Source of the DNA: Anolis carolinensis | Taxonomy: Eukaryota | Assembly: GCF_035594765.1 (NCBI RefSeq) | Contig: NC_085846.1 | Coordinates: 10,465,190 to 10,529,189, forward strand | Direction: 5' to 3' | DNA: 64,000 nucleotides | In this document: positions 24,201-36,300 of the stretch, piece by piece | How the letters are laid out: every line of letters begins with the position of its first letter | Numbering within the stretch: position 1 is the first letter of the stretch | The notes under the pieces: model-generated | Databases searched by the model: none | What the model was told of the DNA's origin: nothing | What the model saw: only the letters and a program-made list of their open reading frames with translations | Translations under genes and position numbers: made by a program

Positions 24201-27200
24201 TTATTATTATTAAAGTTATTTCCAACTTACAGAGATTCTAAAGCAAGTCATCAAAACCCACTGAACCCTTGAAGCAGGGATGCTATTTAAAACCACTTCT
24301 TTCCATCAGAGGGAGTAATAATGCATTTATATAAACAGCTCTCTGCGAAGTACAATATTATAATTGGAACAATATGTTTTAAAGAAATTTGTGAGGGGAA
24401 GGAGTTATTATGACCTTCTGTAAAGAGGGATGACAGGTCGCTTCTAAGGACCACCCATTGAAGCACCTCTTTTCACCATGGCAAGCTCTGAAATCAAACG
24501 GAGACTGTCACAGACCCCATCACTTGTTTTGAGCCAAAATAATGGGTCCTTAGCACTATTTTGGCTAAATTCATGATTTCCCCCCCGTGATTACAGGTCT
24601 GCCCAATTTCACAATTGCTTTGTAGTTCTGTGATGGGGAGCAGGAGCAACAACTAGAAGTCATCTGATGGCAGTAAATTTACTGTGGCTGCCTGTAAAAT
24701 GAGGGGATGGACTATAAGTGTGATGAGGTGGTAAGACTTGATGGCTGAACAGGGATTCAAATCTTGGTCTCCTGAGCCAAAGTCCAATGTTCAAACCACT
24801 ACTGCATACTCACTTTTAGCATGACCACAAACATGTATTTACCTTCCTTACTCCTTAGCAACTAGTTGGCCACTGTGGAACTGGGATACAAAAACAGGTA
24901 GGATATGAGTTGAATCCTTTATGGCTTTTCTCATGACAAAAAGGAGTGAAAACTCTATATTTACATGGAAATGTTGTAGCAGATAGCATTTATATAACTC
25001 TAATTGTACATACAGTTGTAATGCATTATCCTGCATTCATGCACTCAGGGCTTACCTGCCACAACTGTAAATCAAGAAGCATTCTTTTCCCTCCATCTGC
25101 CATTCCTCTGTGTTTCAATTTGGATGAAAGCATGGCTTGCAATGCATGTGCCACGGCATAGACAGCATTGTAGACACTGTAGCTCTGGCCTGTCATGCTC
25201 ATTTCAAAAACAGACCCAGGAAGGGTTTCCAGTCTCTCCTCCCCACTGCAGGTCGTCCCACCATCCTCATCTAAAATAGATTTGGGGAATGAACATTCAA
25301 ACGCATGTTCCCAAAAGACTCTTATAAAGCCATCTTCTTTTTCTGAAACAGGATTTCGCATCTGGATAAATTTCTGGAATCCTAACACTTCCTTTGAGGG
25401 AACTGCTAAGGATATTGCACCATGGAGGAAGTCTATGTTCCAAGTTCTTTGAAAGGGAAGGGATGTGAATTCCATCTGGGCTGTCATAATCCAAATTGTC
25501 CCATTTCTCAGTCTTGAAATGTCCTCAAATTCTGAAATCAAAGGCAACGTCCTCAAAAATATCATGATCTGGTTTTCTCCATGTAAGAGGATAACACTGG
25601 CAGTGCTCTCCATTATAATCCTATATGTTTTAAACCAATCCGCTACCATTTCAGTGAGATCAGTAGAATATTTTTCTTTGGGTAGCCCTTCTATGAAATC
25701 AAAACAGATACCTTCACGAGTAAACATGGGTAATATGTTCTGTGCAAACATCTCTCCGCTCTCACTACTTATGTAAAATAGCCCAATCCAGGTCCAGTTG
25801 AAATATAATAGTAACTGGAGAATGCCCAAAGTTTCCTTATCCTCATTTGGAAACATGTGGTGAAAAAAAGCAGCTTGGATGTTGCCGTTCAACACAGGAG
25901 CAGAACCATATAAGAACTATGGAAATAAAGAAATGAAGCAAATTAATATATTCCTAAAATACTGTTTTGTATCTCATTTTCATTGTGTGTGGATGGGCAT
26001 TGGTGCCAAATTTCAACTTTGAGACTGTGTGTTGACTCATCCATAAGCATTCTTGGATTCTAATCCAGTGCATAAGAGCTTAAACTAGGCTAATCCATTA
26101 GTATAAAAAAATGCTTCTGGATTCCTTTATGCATTTTAAATTAAATAGATTAACAAAGTCCTCTCTTTACATAAAGGTACAAAATTCTACCATAAGTATT
26201 CATGTATTCCAGTGGTTCCCAACCTGTGGTCTGTGGACAACCAGTGGTCCTCAGGAATGAAAATATGGTCCACAGCCTCACCATTACTACACTGTTGCCT
26301 TGAAACCATGCGGCAATGAGAGCAACTGGTCTCGCGAAACCTTCTCATAGTGCCAAAGCAATGGGGATATTGAGAAAGGATAGGCAACTACCCACAAAAT
26401 ATTATTACTAGCACATCAGCTTTAGATTGGGTGAGCAGATGGCAACCTCCTGGATGGCATATGTTCTGCATCAGAAATGAGAACTGATGTGGTCTATCCA
26501 ATGCTATTTTCTGAATCAGCACCCCAAATAACCAAACTGAATCTAAAGTTGACCAAAAACTGATTCGTAACCCTTTTGGTACTAATGTTGGAGAGTGGTC
26601 CCTGGTCAAGTGGTCCTTGGTCAAAAAAGGTTGGGAACCACTGCTGTATCCCAGCCCACTTCATGAGACCAGACTGTGAAATCTTAAATAAACTATTTAG
26701 TTTCTAACGATACTACTGGTTTAGTTTCTAATGATACCCTAACACAGCTATCTCTTTCAGCATTTGTCCCCAAACATCTGAGATTCCTGACTCACATTCA
26801 TATCAAGTATCAAATATTAGTATTGATAAGCTAATAATGTGTTTTCTCTTAGAAAAGGAAAAAAGGAGGTAGACAAATGTAATAACATTAGCTTTCTTTG
26901 CATCTCGTGAGCCCATCTTGCCTGTGGAATCTTGTAAATGGAAAGAACTGCTGCCATGAAATAACAAGGATTAGGTCCTGCGATAACAGATACTGCCTTG
27001 TTCTGGACATCACATTTGTAATTAGGAATGAGTTTATCATGTGTAGAAAGAAGCGCCATTGAAGCAAGATAGATCCATCTTGCCAAGAAATAGCTGCTAG
27101 AGATATAGATGCCCAGGCTGGTATTCGGTAAAAGTCCTGGATTTCTATTTATCTCATGGATAGCAAATGCCATGGCCAGGGTGTGCTGGTAATGATGCGT

Positions 27201-27723
27201 AAAAACTCTGCAAGAAAAGTTGGAAAACTATGTCACAATGCTTCTATTTTAGTAACCGATGCCTGCTACAGTTATTTTCAGAGCATATGTAATTGCAACA
27301 ATAAAAGAAAACTGCTAAAATTACATGTTCCCTTCTTCAAGAATTCCACTACTACTGTTGCTACTACTCATAATATGGCCAAGAAGAGGTTGCTTGACTT
27401 CCTTTTGGTCATTCCCAGACCCAATAAGATAGTAGCCCATCAGCATTCTTATTTTTATTCATCTGTCTAGTCCTGAATATGGTTTACATAAGAGCATCTA
27501 CTCACATGAAATCATCAACCAGTTCTTCAGAGGGACGTCTTTTGAACATTATCAGGTTAGGGAGCATGTAGAGCTGAGAAATAATCGCACCAATAAGGAG
27601 ATCTCCAGAATGATAGTACTTGTGCTTGATAGGAAATGGATTACCAATGGCACATTTGGCAATAGGAGTATAGCACACCACTTCTGGCAGTACCACTGAC
27701 ACCAGTGCGATGAAAGATAGCAT
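21258..27723 (-). CDS. Vmn2r: V2R gene C, apparently intact (~880 aa), 6 exons: 27506-27723, 26922-27207, 25056-25916, 23952-24170, 23360-23486, 21258-22189
   Basis: Same exon architecture and phases; summed CDS 2643 nt, open; exon 4 ([24 protein letters not shown]...) is not in the ORF track but translates without stops. Intron 2 donor is GC (CAG|GCAAGA). Confidence 0.9.
22318..22962 (+). mobile_element. tRNA-headed SINE in intron 5 of gene C, interrupted by a mariner MITE
   Basis: A box TGGCGCAGG, B box GAGTTCGAGG, 3' end CTGAGTCCCCTTCGGGGTGAGAAGGGCGG followed by (TAAA)n. Confidence 0.7.
22472..22890. mobile_element. Tc1/mariner (Tigger-like) MITE; partial relative at ~55604-55690
   Basis: TIRs CCCTGTTTCCCCTAAAATAAGACA / TGTCTTATTTTCGGGGAAACACGG with TA on both sides. 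Confidence 0.85.
26210..26643. mobile_element. Non-autonomous hAT element in intron 2 of gene C
   Basis: TIRs CAGTGGTTCCCAACCT / AGGTTGGGAACCACTG; degenerate 8-bp TSD; longer relative at 42875-43431. Confidence 0.8.
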
Positions 27724-28340
27724 CTTGAGTCAAAATACACAAAATATGAATACACACTTTCAACACTGTTCCTAAGGACAGCATAGCAAGTATGACCATA
27801 CATGCATTTGTCTGGAAGCCAGTAAGCAGCGTAGAATGTGCAGAACTAAGCTGAGGGATGTCTGCCAATCTCTAACTCCACAACAAAGAGAATATTAATA
27901 GTATTTCTTTCCCCATAGTTTATTGTTTTGTCATGTTCATTGGAACCTCTTAGGGATTTGTGAGTGCATAGAATTATTCATGGTTATTATGATAATTGCA
28001 GGGCAGACAAGCATGGAGTTATAACTTCTCCATTACATTTTTAAAATAATGTATATGGCATTTGGATCCATATTTAGTGATACTTTGGGTTCCCTCTCTG
28101 AAATGAATGAGAATTCTGTTCACAATAATTAATTGGTATACCATTCCTTTCTAATTGAATTATTTGCTTCTAGACCTATCTCTTTAATTGCACTGAAATA
28201 AAGCCATGATACATGTTGCTTACTAATGACTCTGTCAATGATTTTGTGGTATGAATGTAGGTAGGACTAAAATTGACTTTACACTGAAACAATCCACATT
28301 AAGTGCCTTCAACACATTGACCTCAACTAAGTCATGAGTT

Positions 28341-29354
28341 CCCCCTGCAAAGGATCGTTACCTTGACATGGTGCTGGGGCTTGAGCGCCTCGATGATGCC
28401 ATGAGCTATACCGTGCAGGGCCACCCAAGACGGGAAGGTCATGGCAGAGAGGTCAGACTAAATATGATCCCTGGGGAAGGTAATGGCAACCCACCCCATG
28501 AAAACTACATGGATCATTACAACCAGAGAAATGTCAGTATACCATTGGAAGATAGGACTCCCAGGTCAGAAGATAGTCAAAATGCTACTGGGGAGGAGCA
28601 GAGGTCCAACTAGCCCCAGATGTGATGACGCAGTTAGGTCAAAGCTGAAAGGAAGGCTAACGGCTGATGGTGCTGAAGGTGAACGACAAATCCAATGTTC
28701 TCAACACACTATAGGAACCTGGAATGTAAGATCTATGAGCCAGGGCAAACTGGACATGGTTATTGGTGAGATGTCAAGATTAAAGATAGACATTCTGGGA
28801 GTCAGTGAACTGAAATGGACTGGAATGGGCCACTTCACAAAAGATGACCATCAGATCTACTGCGGACAAGAGGAACACCAAAGAAATGGAGTAGCCTTCA
28901 TAGTTAATAATAAAGTTGCGAAAGCAGTGATTGGATACAACCCAAAAAATGAAGATAGAAGCTTTTAAACTTTGGTGTTGAAGGAAAATCTATGATTCTA
29001 TGATTCTATGATTCTATCCTAAGAGTGCCTTGGACCGCAAGAAGATCCAACCAGTCCATCATCCAGGAAATAATGCCCGGCTGCTCACTGGAGGGAAGGA
29101 TATTAGAGACAAAGTTGAAGTATTTTGGCCACATCATGAGAAGACAGGAAAGCTTGGAAAAGATAATGATGCTGGGGAAAATGGAAGGAAAAAGGAAGAG
29201 AGGCCAACCAAGGCGAGATGGATGGATGGTATCCTTGAAGTGACTGGCTTGACCTTGAACTAGGGGCAGCGAAGGCCAACAAGAAGCTCTGGTGTGGACT
29301 GATCCATGAAGACACGAAGAATCGGAAACGACTATGTGACTGAGCAGCAGCAGC
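28341..29354 (+). mobile_element. Internally deleted Bov-B/RTE LINE retaining both 5' and 3' ends
   Basis: 5' UTR plus endonuclease start (IGTWNVRSMSQGKL...DILGVSELKWTGMG) joined at ~28952 to the RT C-terminus (PWTARRSNQSI...LKYFGHIMRR), (GCA)n tail, 12-bp TSD AAGTCATGAGTT (28329-28340, 29355-29366). Confidence 0.88.
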
Positions 29355-29432
29355 AAGTCATGAGTTGTTGTTGCTGCTGCTGCTTATTCATTGTCGCTTC
29401 CAACTCTTCATGACCTCATTTTACAAAGAGTA

Positions 29433-29766
29433 AAGGTAAAGGTAAAGGTTTTCCCCTGACGTTAAGTCCAGTCGTGACCAACTCTGGGGGTTGGTGCTCA
29501 TCAATTTCTAAGCCAAAGAGCCGGCGTTGTTCATAGACACCTCCAAGGTCATGTGGCCGGCATGACTGCATGGTGCGCCATTACCTTCCCGCTGGAGCGG
29601 TACCTATTGATCTACTCACATTGGCATGTTTTCGAACTGCTAGGTTGGCAGGAGCTGGGGCTAACAGCGGGCGCTCATTCCGCTCCCGGAATTTGAACCT
29701 GGAACCTTTTGGTCTGCAACTTCAGGAGTTCAGCGCTTTAACACACTGTGCCACCATTGGCCCCCA
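29433..29766 (-). mobile_element. Sauria SINE, full length
   Basis: Reverse complement of the 13648 copy; 12-bp TSD TTACAAAGAGTA (29421-29432, 29767-29778). Confidence 0.92.
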
Positions 29767-30336
29767 TTACAAAGAGTATCTGTAATATAATAAACTGTTT
29801 AATTGCTAGCTCATCCTACGGACTGATACAAATGAGCTGATCATACAGGCTGCCAGAATTTCCACAGATGGTGGCAACTCCAGCAGCTCCCATCAGTGGG
29901 CATGGGGAATCCATCATCCCATGCCACACATCGCCCAACTCACAAATATCCCCATCCCATGGAGGGAAGGGTCAGCCGCTCAGCTTCCCCCAATGTTGTT
30001 GGTGCTACCCGTGCTGCTGCGGGGGTAACATACACCAGTTCCACTATAGTTTAGCCACAAATCCCCACTGAAAGTAGTATTACATTGTGGGATGGGAGCC
30101 ATCAGGTTATTTAGCTAAACTGTAACAGAACCGGCATATGCCACCAAAACAAGCCCCATCCAATGAAGCCATTAAGCACAAAGTAGAAAGCAGAGACCTG
30201 AAAACCTAGTGGTTTCAACAGGCCTTTGAAAGTGATTAATCTCAGACCCTAGACTCTATCCTGGCCACCAGATAGGTCCCCGTCTTGCACTTTACCCACT
30301 TCCACAGCTCTTCAATATGTCATTGCACTAGCCTTA

Positions 30337-30600
30337 GCCGGGCTTTGGCACAGCTGGCTAGTAAACAGCTGCAATAAATCACTATGACCAAGAGGCCATG
30401 AGTTCGAAGCCCAGGTCGGGTTAAGCCCCCGACCATTAAATAGCCCAGCTTGCGTTTTACCTAAGCAGCCCGAAAGATAGTTGCATCTGTCAACTAGGAA
30501 ATTTAGGTATGCTTTATGCAGGAGGCTAATTTAACTAATTTACAACACCATAAAACTGCCAGCAGCATGCATAAAGGAATGAGAAAGTACAGTACTCGGT
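30337..30600 (+). mobile_element. tRNA-headed SINE fragment
   Basis: Head shared with the 22318 SINE (CAGCTGCAAT..ATCACT.TGACCA.GAGG.CATGAGTTCGA) but different body. Confidence 0.6.
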
Positions 30601-32139
30601 GTAACTAATGTCCCCCTGTTATTGCACTTACAGGACAGAATTTAGTTGGGGACATTTGCATATGTAGGTGGATTGGTTGATTGATTGATATTGTGGAGTT
30701 GATATTCCTTTCCTTCCTTAGCAGCATCCCTGTCCTCCCAAAGCTACTGCAAAACCACAAAGCTGTCTTGCATGGCTATTTCATACTCCAAGTTTGAAGG
30801 AAATTTGAAAAAAAAGATGCCACAGTGCTTCCATTTTAGAATCTGAAACCTGATACATTTATTTTCTCTTTATATGTCATAAACTTGTTTATTTCTGATT
30901 GAAACTTTCCCTTCAATATAATCATTCCCAAATAAAAGCAATATAATACTAGAAGAAAGAAAATAAATTCAGTATATTCTTGTTAGTAACATTGCACAAA
31001 ATAGATTACATGACTCAGGGAAATATGAAGTATCATTTGCATTCTCTCTTGAACTTTACATTTCACAGAAAACAGCATGTTGCGTGTAGTACATACATAT
31101 TATTCCTTGCTTGGAAAATGCCTTGTTCTGAGTAAAACAACCATGTGTGAATTTTGTACTATTTCTGTGATGCTTTCCCCTCGGTCTACAGAGGAGGAAA
31201 TTTCAGGCGGTCACATGGCCGGAAAAGCAGGCAAGGAAACAGCACCTTTATTTTGTTTCAAGCTTCTTTTCATTTTGGGGAAGGGGTTCCCGTTAACGTG
31301 CTCCCAACCAAAATGAAAGGAACAAAAGAACGGGTGAAACAGGACAAATGGGTACTGCTCACACACATCTCTAGTTTACATTGCACAATTTCAACACTAT
31401 GATTCCATTTTTAATTTCCAGAGTTGCATCCTACAGAATACTGAGCTTCGTTGTTTGGTGGGATGATATAACTGTCTGGTTGCAAATTCAAAAGTACTCC
31501 TTCATAAACAGCAAAACCAAGGTTTCCCTAAGATGTAAGTATGACAATTAAACTGGAACCATGCAACTATATCTGGACACAAAATGGAGAACACATTTCA
31601 AAATGCCCTAATGTGAAAGAATCCAATCTCTCTCAAATCTTGGAAAGCCATTCATTGCAGATAAAGTTGTCATTACTCATTTTTGGTATTTCTAGGATGT
31701 ATTTAGGGATAACGCATTCACGTGATAGTTGAACATGTCAGATTTTAAAATGATAAAACATAGCAAAATTAATTACAGCAATAGCAAAGAATATTGAAAA
31801 CAACAGTAGTAAAACTCCATAATACAGTAAATCAAATCTTGAGAGTACTTGATCCAACAGGACCAACCAGAACTGATTCTATTTAGGTTCAAAGATAAGG
31901 AAAGGATCCCATGTGTTTGGGGTATTATTTATCCTATATGAACATAACTACTTATTCCACATTTCTTAAAACTTAACAGCAGCAAATTTGGTCAATTTTT
32001 GTGTAAACATGCTGTAAAAATATTATCTCAACTGGTGTTCGTTTTTAGACTAAAACAACTCTTTATTGCCTATTAACTACATCAAGCAGTCAGTAACCCA
32101 AGTCATGTCTTTAGAATGGGACATGACTTGGATTGAACC

Positions 32140-33302
32140 TCACTTTTTTTTCTGTATTACCAGCTGTCCTTGCTTGTTTAATGTGGGGTGCACCAATATA
32201 ATGAAACATTTTGGAGAAAAAATGCAACCCAGTAAACCAACACTTGAGGCTAAGATGGAGAAGATCTCCATAGCCACTGTGTATTTTCCCTTGGTGCTCA
32301 AATAGGCTGGAACAAAGCATAACCAAACACTACAGAAGAGCAGCATGCTGAAGGTGATACATTTAGCTTCATTAAAACTGTCTGGCAATTTTCTGGCTAA
32401 GAAGGCCACGGTGAAGCTGATGAAGGCTAGCATCCCCATGAAGCCCAGGACACAGTAGAACAGAACGGTGGACCCTTCGTTACATTCCAGCACAATTTCT
32501 GTAGCCATGGAGCGTGTGTCCAAATCTGGGAATGGGGGAGAGATTGCCAGCCACACCAGGCAAATAATGGTTTGAATAAAGGAAGAGAAAATGACAATGG
32601 AGCTGGCCAGTCTTCTCCCTATCCATTTCCTCATCCTAGACCCTGGTTTGGTGGCCAGGAAAGCTAGAACCACAATGGTGGTTTTGGCCAAAATGCAAGA
32701 AACAGCCACCGAGAAGATGACCCCAAAAACAGTCTGTCGAAGGAGACAGGTCACCTTCTGAGGTTCACCAATGAAAAGGAAAGTGGAAAGGAAGGAGAGC
32801 AGGAGGGCAAGGAGGAGAGTGTAGCTGAGACTGCGATTGTTGGCTTTGACGATGGGGGTATCTGAGTATTTAAGGAAGACCGCAAGCACCAAGATGGTAA
32901 TGAAAGAAAAGGAGACTGCAAGAGTGGTCAAAGCAATTCCCAAAGGCTCTTCATAACTCAAGAAGCTTCTGCTTTTCTGAATGCAAAAGTCCCTGACATC
33001 GTTTGAATATTGATCTTCTTGGCATTCAATACAGTCATCCATATCTGGAAAAGAAACCAAAGTGTATTTACAAGAGGAAATCCTATCCGTGACAGATAAC
33101 ATAAAATGTTTTTATATTGTACATCTCACCTTTCTGATTTGAAATCTTTCCTTCTGGACATGGAAGGCAGCTATAGCAACAAAATGGCATCCCTTCCACC
33201 TTAATCTTACTATAGCCTTCTTGACACTTTTCATTACACACGGAAATGGGCTGCACCTATGAATAAATGGAAGTAACATATTTTGTCTAAAAATAATATT
33301 TG

Positions 33303-33352
<50 letters not shown>

Positions 33353-36300
33353 AGTGAAGGATAGCAGCAGAGAAACGTGAAATGTGGTTTTTTGACCCCA
33401 CCCCCTTTTTCTGTTTTGGAGTATTTTTGATGTACAGAACTTTTGAAAAGGCCTTCAAATCTGAGAGTTATAAAACTTATTTTATTTAATGCAGTGGTTC
33501 CCAACCTTTGGGCCTCCAGGTGTTTTGGACTTCATTTCCCATAGTTCCTAATAGCTGGTAAGATGGCTGGGATTTCTGGGATTTGAAGTCCAAAACATCT
33601 GGAGGTCCAAAGGTTGGGAACCACTGATTTAATGTCTACGGTCTTTAAAGAAATTTGACATTCTTATTTCAAAAATGATTTAGTGTATCATGTACTTTTT
33701 CACAACTTGATTTGCCATTTCTATTTTGTAATAAGTGACTCACAAAAGAATAAAGAAGTAAGGGCTTAAGTTCCTCTAAGGACTTTCAAAATACTTTAAT
33801 TCATGGATACAAAACACAAAAATGTGTTCAAAACATTAAAAGAAATCACACTGGGACATCAGCATCTGTGCCTAATCAAAATGGAGTAACAATTGAATTT
33901 TGTTAAAAATAATGAAAAAAAACTACACATGGTATGACATTTTAAATGTGTGTTTTTAGCTTCAGTAATCGAAAATACATTAAAGATAGCTTCAATATTG
34001 AAAAAAATGCTTTTTTTAATTACAGGCCTGTGTATTAAAAATTTCAGGACCATGAGAAGTAAGATATGGTTTGAAAAGCAAAGATATTCTCAATTCATCC
34101 CAAAATATGTACAAGACCTACCTGGTTGAACATGCTGGGCCAGGTAATATCACTGGAAGTAATGCTTAACCTTTTCTCGACTGGAGCATAAGGATCAATC
34201 TTTCCAATTTTTACTTTGACAATGGACAGATTTAGGACTACGACCCAGTTGATAATATCAAAACCAGCTTCTATTTCTCCATTTTGATTAAAGGAAACTT
34301 TCCCCCCAGAACTATTGTTAAATGAAACACTTCTCAAATAGTGGTGGAGCTATACAGGGTGACAGAATGACAATAAGGTAGATGATAAAGATAGCAAAAC
34401 GTGCAAAGATCTAAAATAAAGAAGATCCATCTGAAGATCTGGAGAGATTCTTCACTAGTCACAAAATCAAGGGCTTCAGATATGTTCCAGAAGCAGCTAG
34501 TCACATATGGCCAAACTTGCTATGGTATTGTCTACACAATCCTGCTGGGCTGAGACCACATTGACCAAATTGGATCTTTACCTTCATGTTACTGCATTTA
34601 CTCACAGAAAACCAAAGCTCTAGGTCATTGTGGGTACCCTGTTCCGAATCTACTGATCTGCATGCCTAGCAAGAAGGTCAAGGGCAATGTCTACTCTTTC
34701 TTGCTGGTTGCAAGGGTACCCTAGCCCGACATCACAACCCTTGAAAGGCTATGGTTAGACTATGGCAAGGTGCTCAGATAGAACACTGTAACCGTCTAAT
34801 AGCAATGACATTGCTGCCAACATAAACAAAAGTGCCTACCCTTTATTTGCATTGATCGAGGGTGGCAACCAGGGAATTGGGTTGAATGGGAGCTGATCCA
34901 GGTGTCTAGACTGCCCCAAAGTTCCAGGATACCCCAGAATTTGAACTCTGGAATCTCCTCCATCTTTGCAACACTCAGCAATGATACTGTGAAGGTGACA
35001 GTCCAGCAGGTTGGATGTGGTCTTTGGCTATCTGCACAACAGTCCTGGATCTGCCATGTAAACCTCCTGGTATACGAGTCCCTAGTTGAACATCCAGATA
35101 ACTCATCAGACCCTTTGAACAAAGTACAAGATGGGGGAAACCTAAATACCACACACAAATGCACAGGACCCTACCTGCCACAGCTGCTGCTGCATCTGTC
35201 TCCTCCCATCATGCATTCCACCGTGTTTAACTTTGTATGAGTGCATAGCTTGCAAAGCATGGGCCACCACATAGACAGCATTGTAGACACTGTAGCTGTG
35301 AGCAGTCATAGTCATTTCAAACAAAGACCCAGGAAGGGTTTCTAATTTCTCCTCTCCAGTGCAGATGTTTCCTATGTCCTCATTTGAGGCAGTGCTTGGG
35401 AAAGAACACTGAAACGTCAGTTCCCAAAATACCCTCATCAAGCTCTCCTGATTTTCCAAAGCAGGGTTCATGTTCTGAAGGAATTGCTGGAATCCTGAGA
35501 CCTCATTTGCTGAAACTGCAAAAGATATTGTACCGTGGAAGGAGCGTAGGCTAAAATATCTTTGAAAAGGAATTGATGTAAATTCCATCTGGGCTGTCAT
35601 GATCCAGACTTTGCTCTTGGGTGGTCTCTCCTCAAATTCTGCATCATGGAAGACCATTCTCAAAACCACTGTGCATTGATTCTCACAATATAAGATGACA
35701 ACGTTGGCGGTGCTTCTTGCAATAACCTCATACATTTCATAATACTTCAACACGAGATTCTCAATGTTGGTAGAAAAAGTTTCTCGAGGCAAGTTTCTTA
35801 CAAAATCAAAGCAGATACCTTTCTGATGGAACATGGGAAGTATGTCATATACAAAATTTTCACCGCTTTCATGACTTATATAAAGCACCCCAACCCATGT
35901 CCACTTGAAATTCAAGAGCAAACGGAGAATGCCTTCATTCTGATGGTACTCATTTGGGAACATCCAGTGGAGTGAAGCAGCTTGGGCATTGATATTCATC
36001 ACAGGGGCAGATCCATATATGAGCTTAGGAAAGAAAACAGAAATCGAATAATTAAAAATATATAAATGTTCACATCTTTATTTCCCAGTTTACATGCATT
36101 ATTACATAGACAAGCAGCAACATTTCCACCCAGTCATCATAAGATGTCCCATGGTCAGCCAAACAGATTTCCCTTCAAAATTGTAGAAGAAAAATGCCAC
36201 ATTCCCCCATTATAATATGAGACAAAGGTAAAACGTTTTCCTCTGACATTAAGTCCAGTTATATCTGACTCCAAGTTGGTGCTCATCTCCACTTTTAAGC

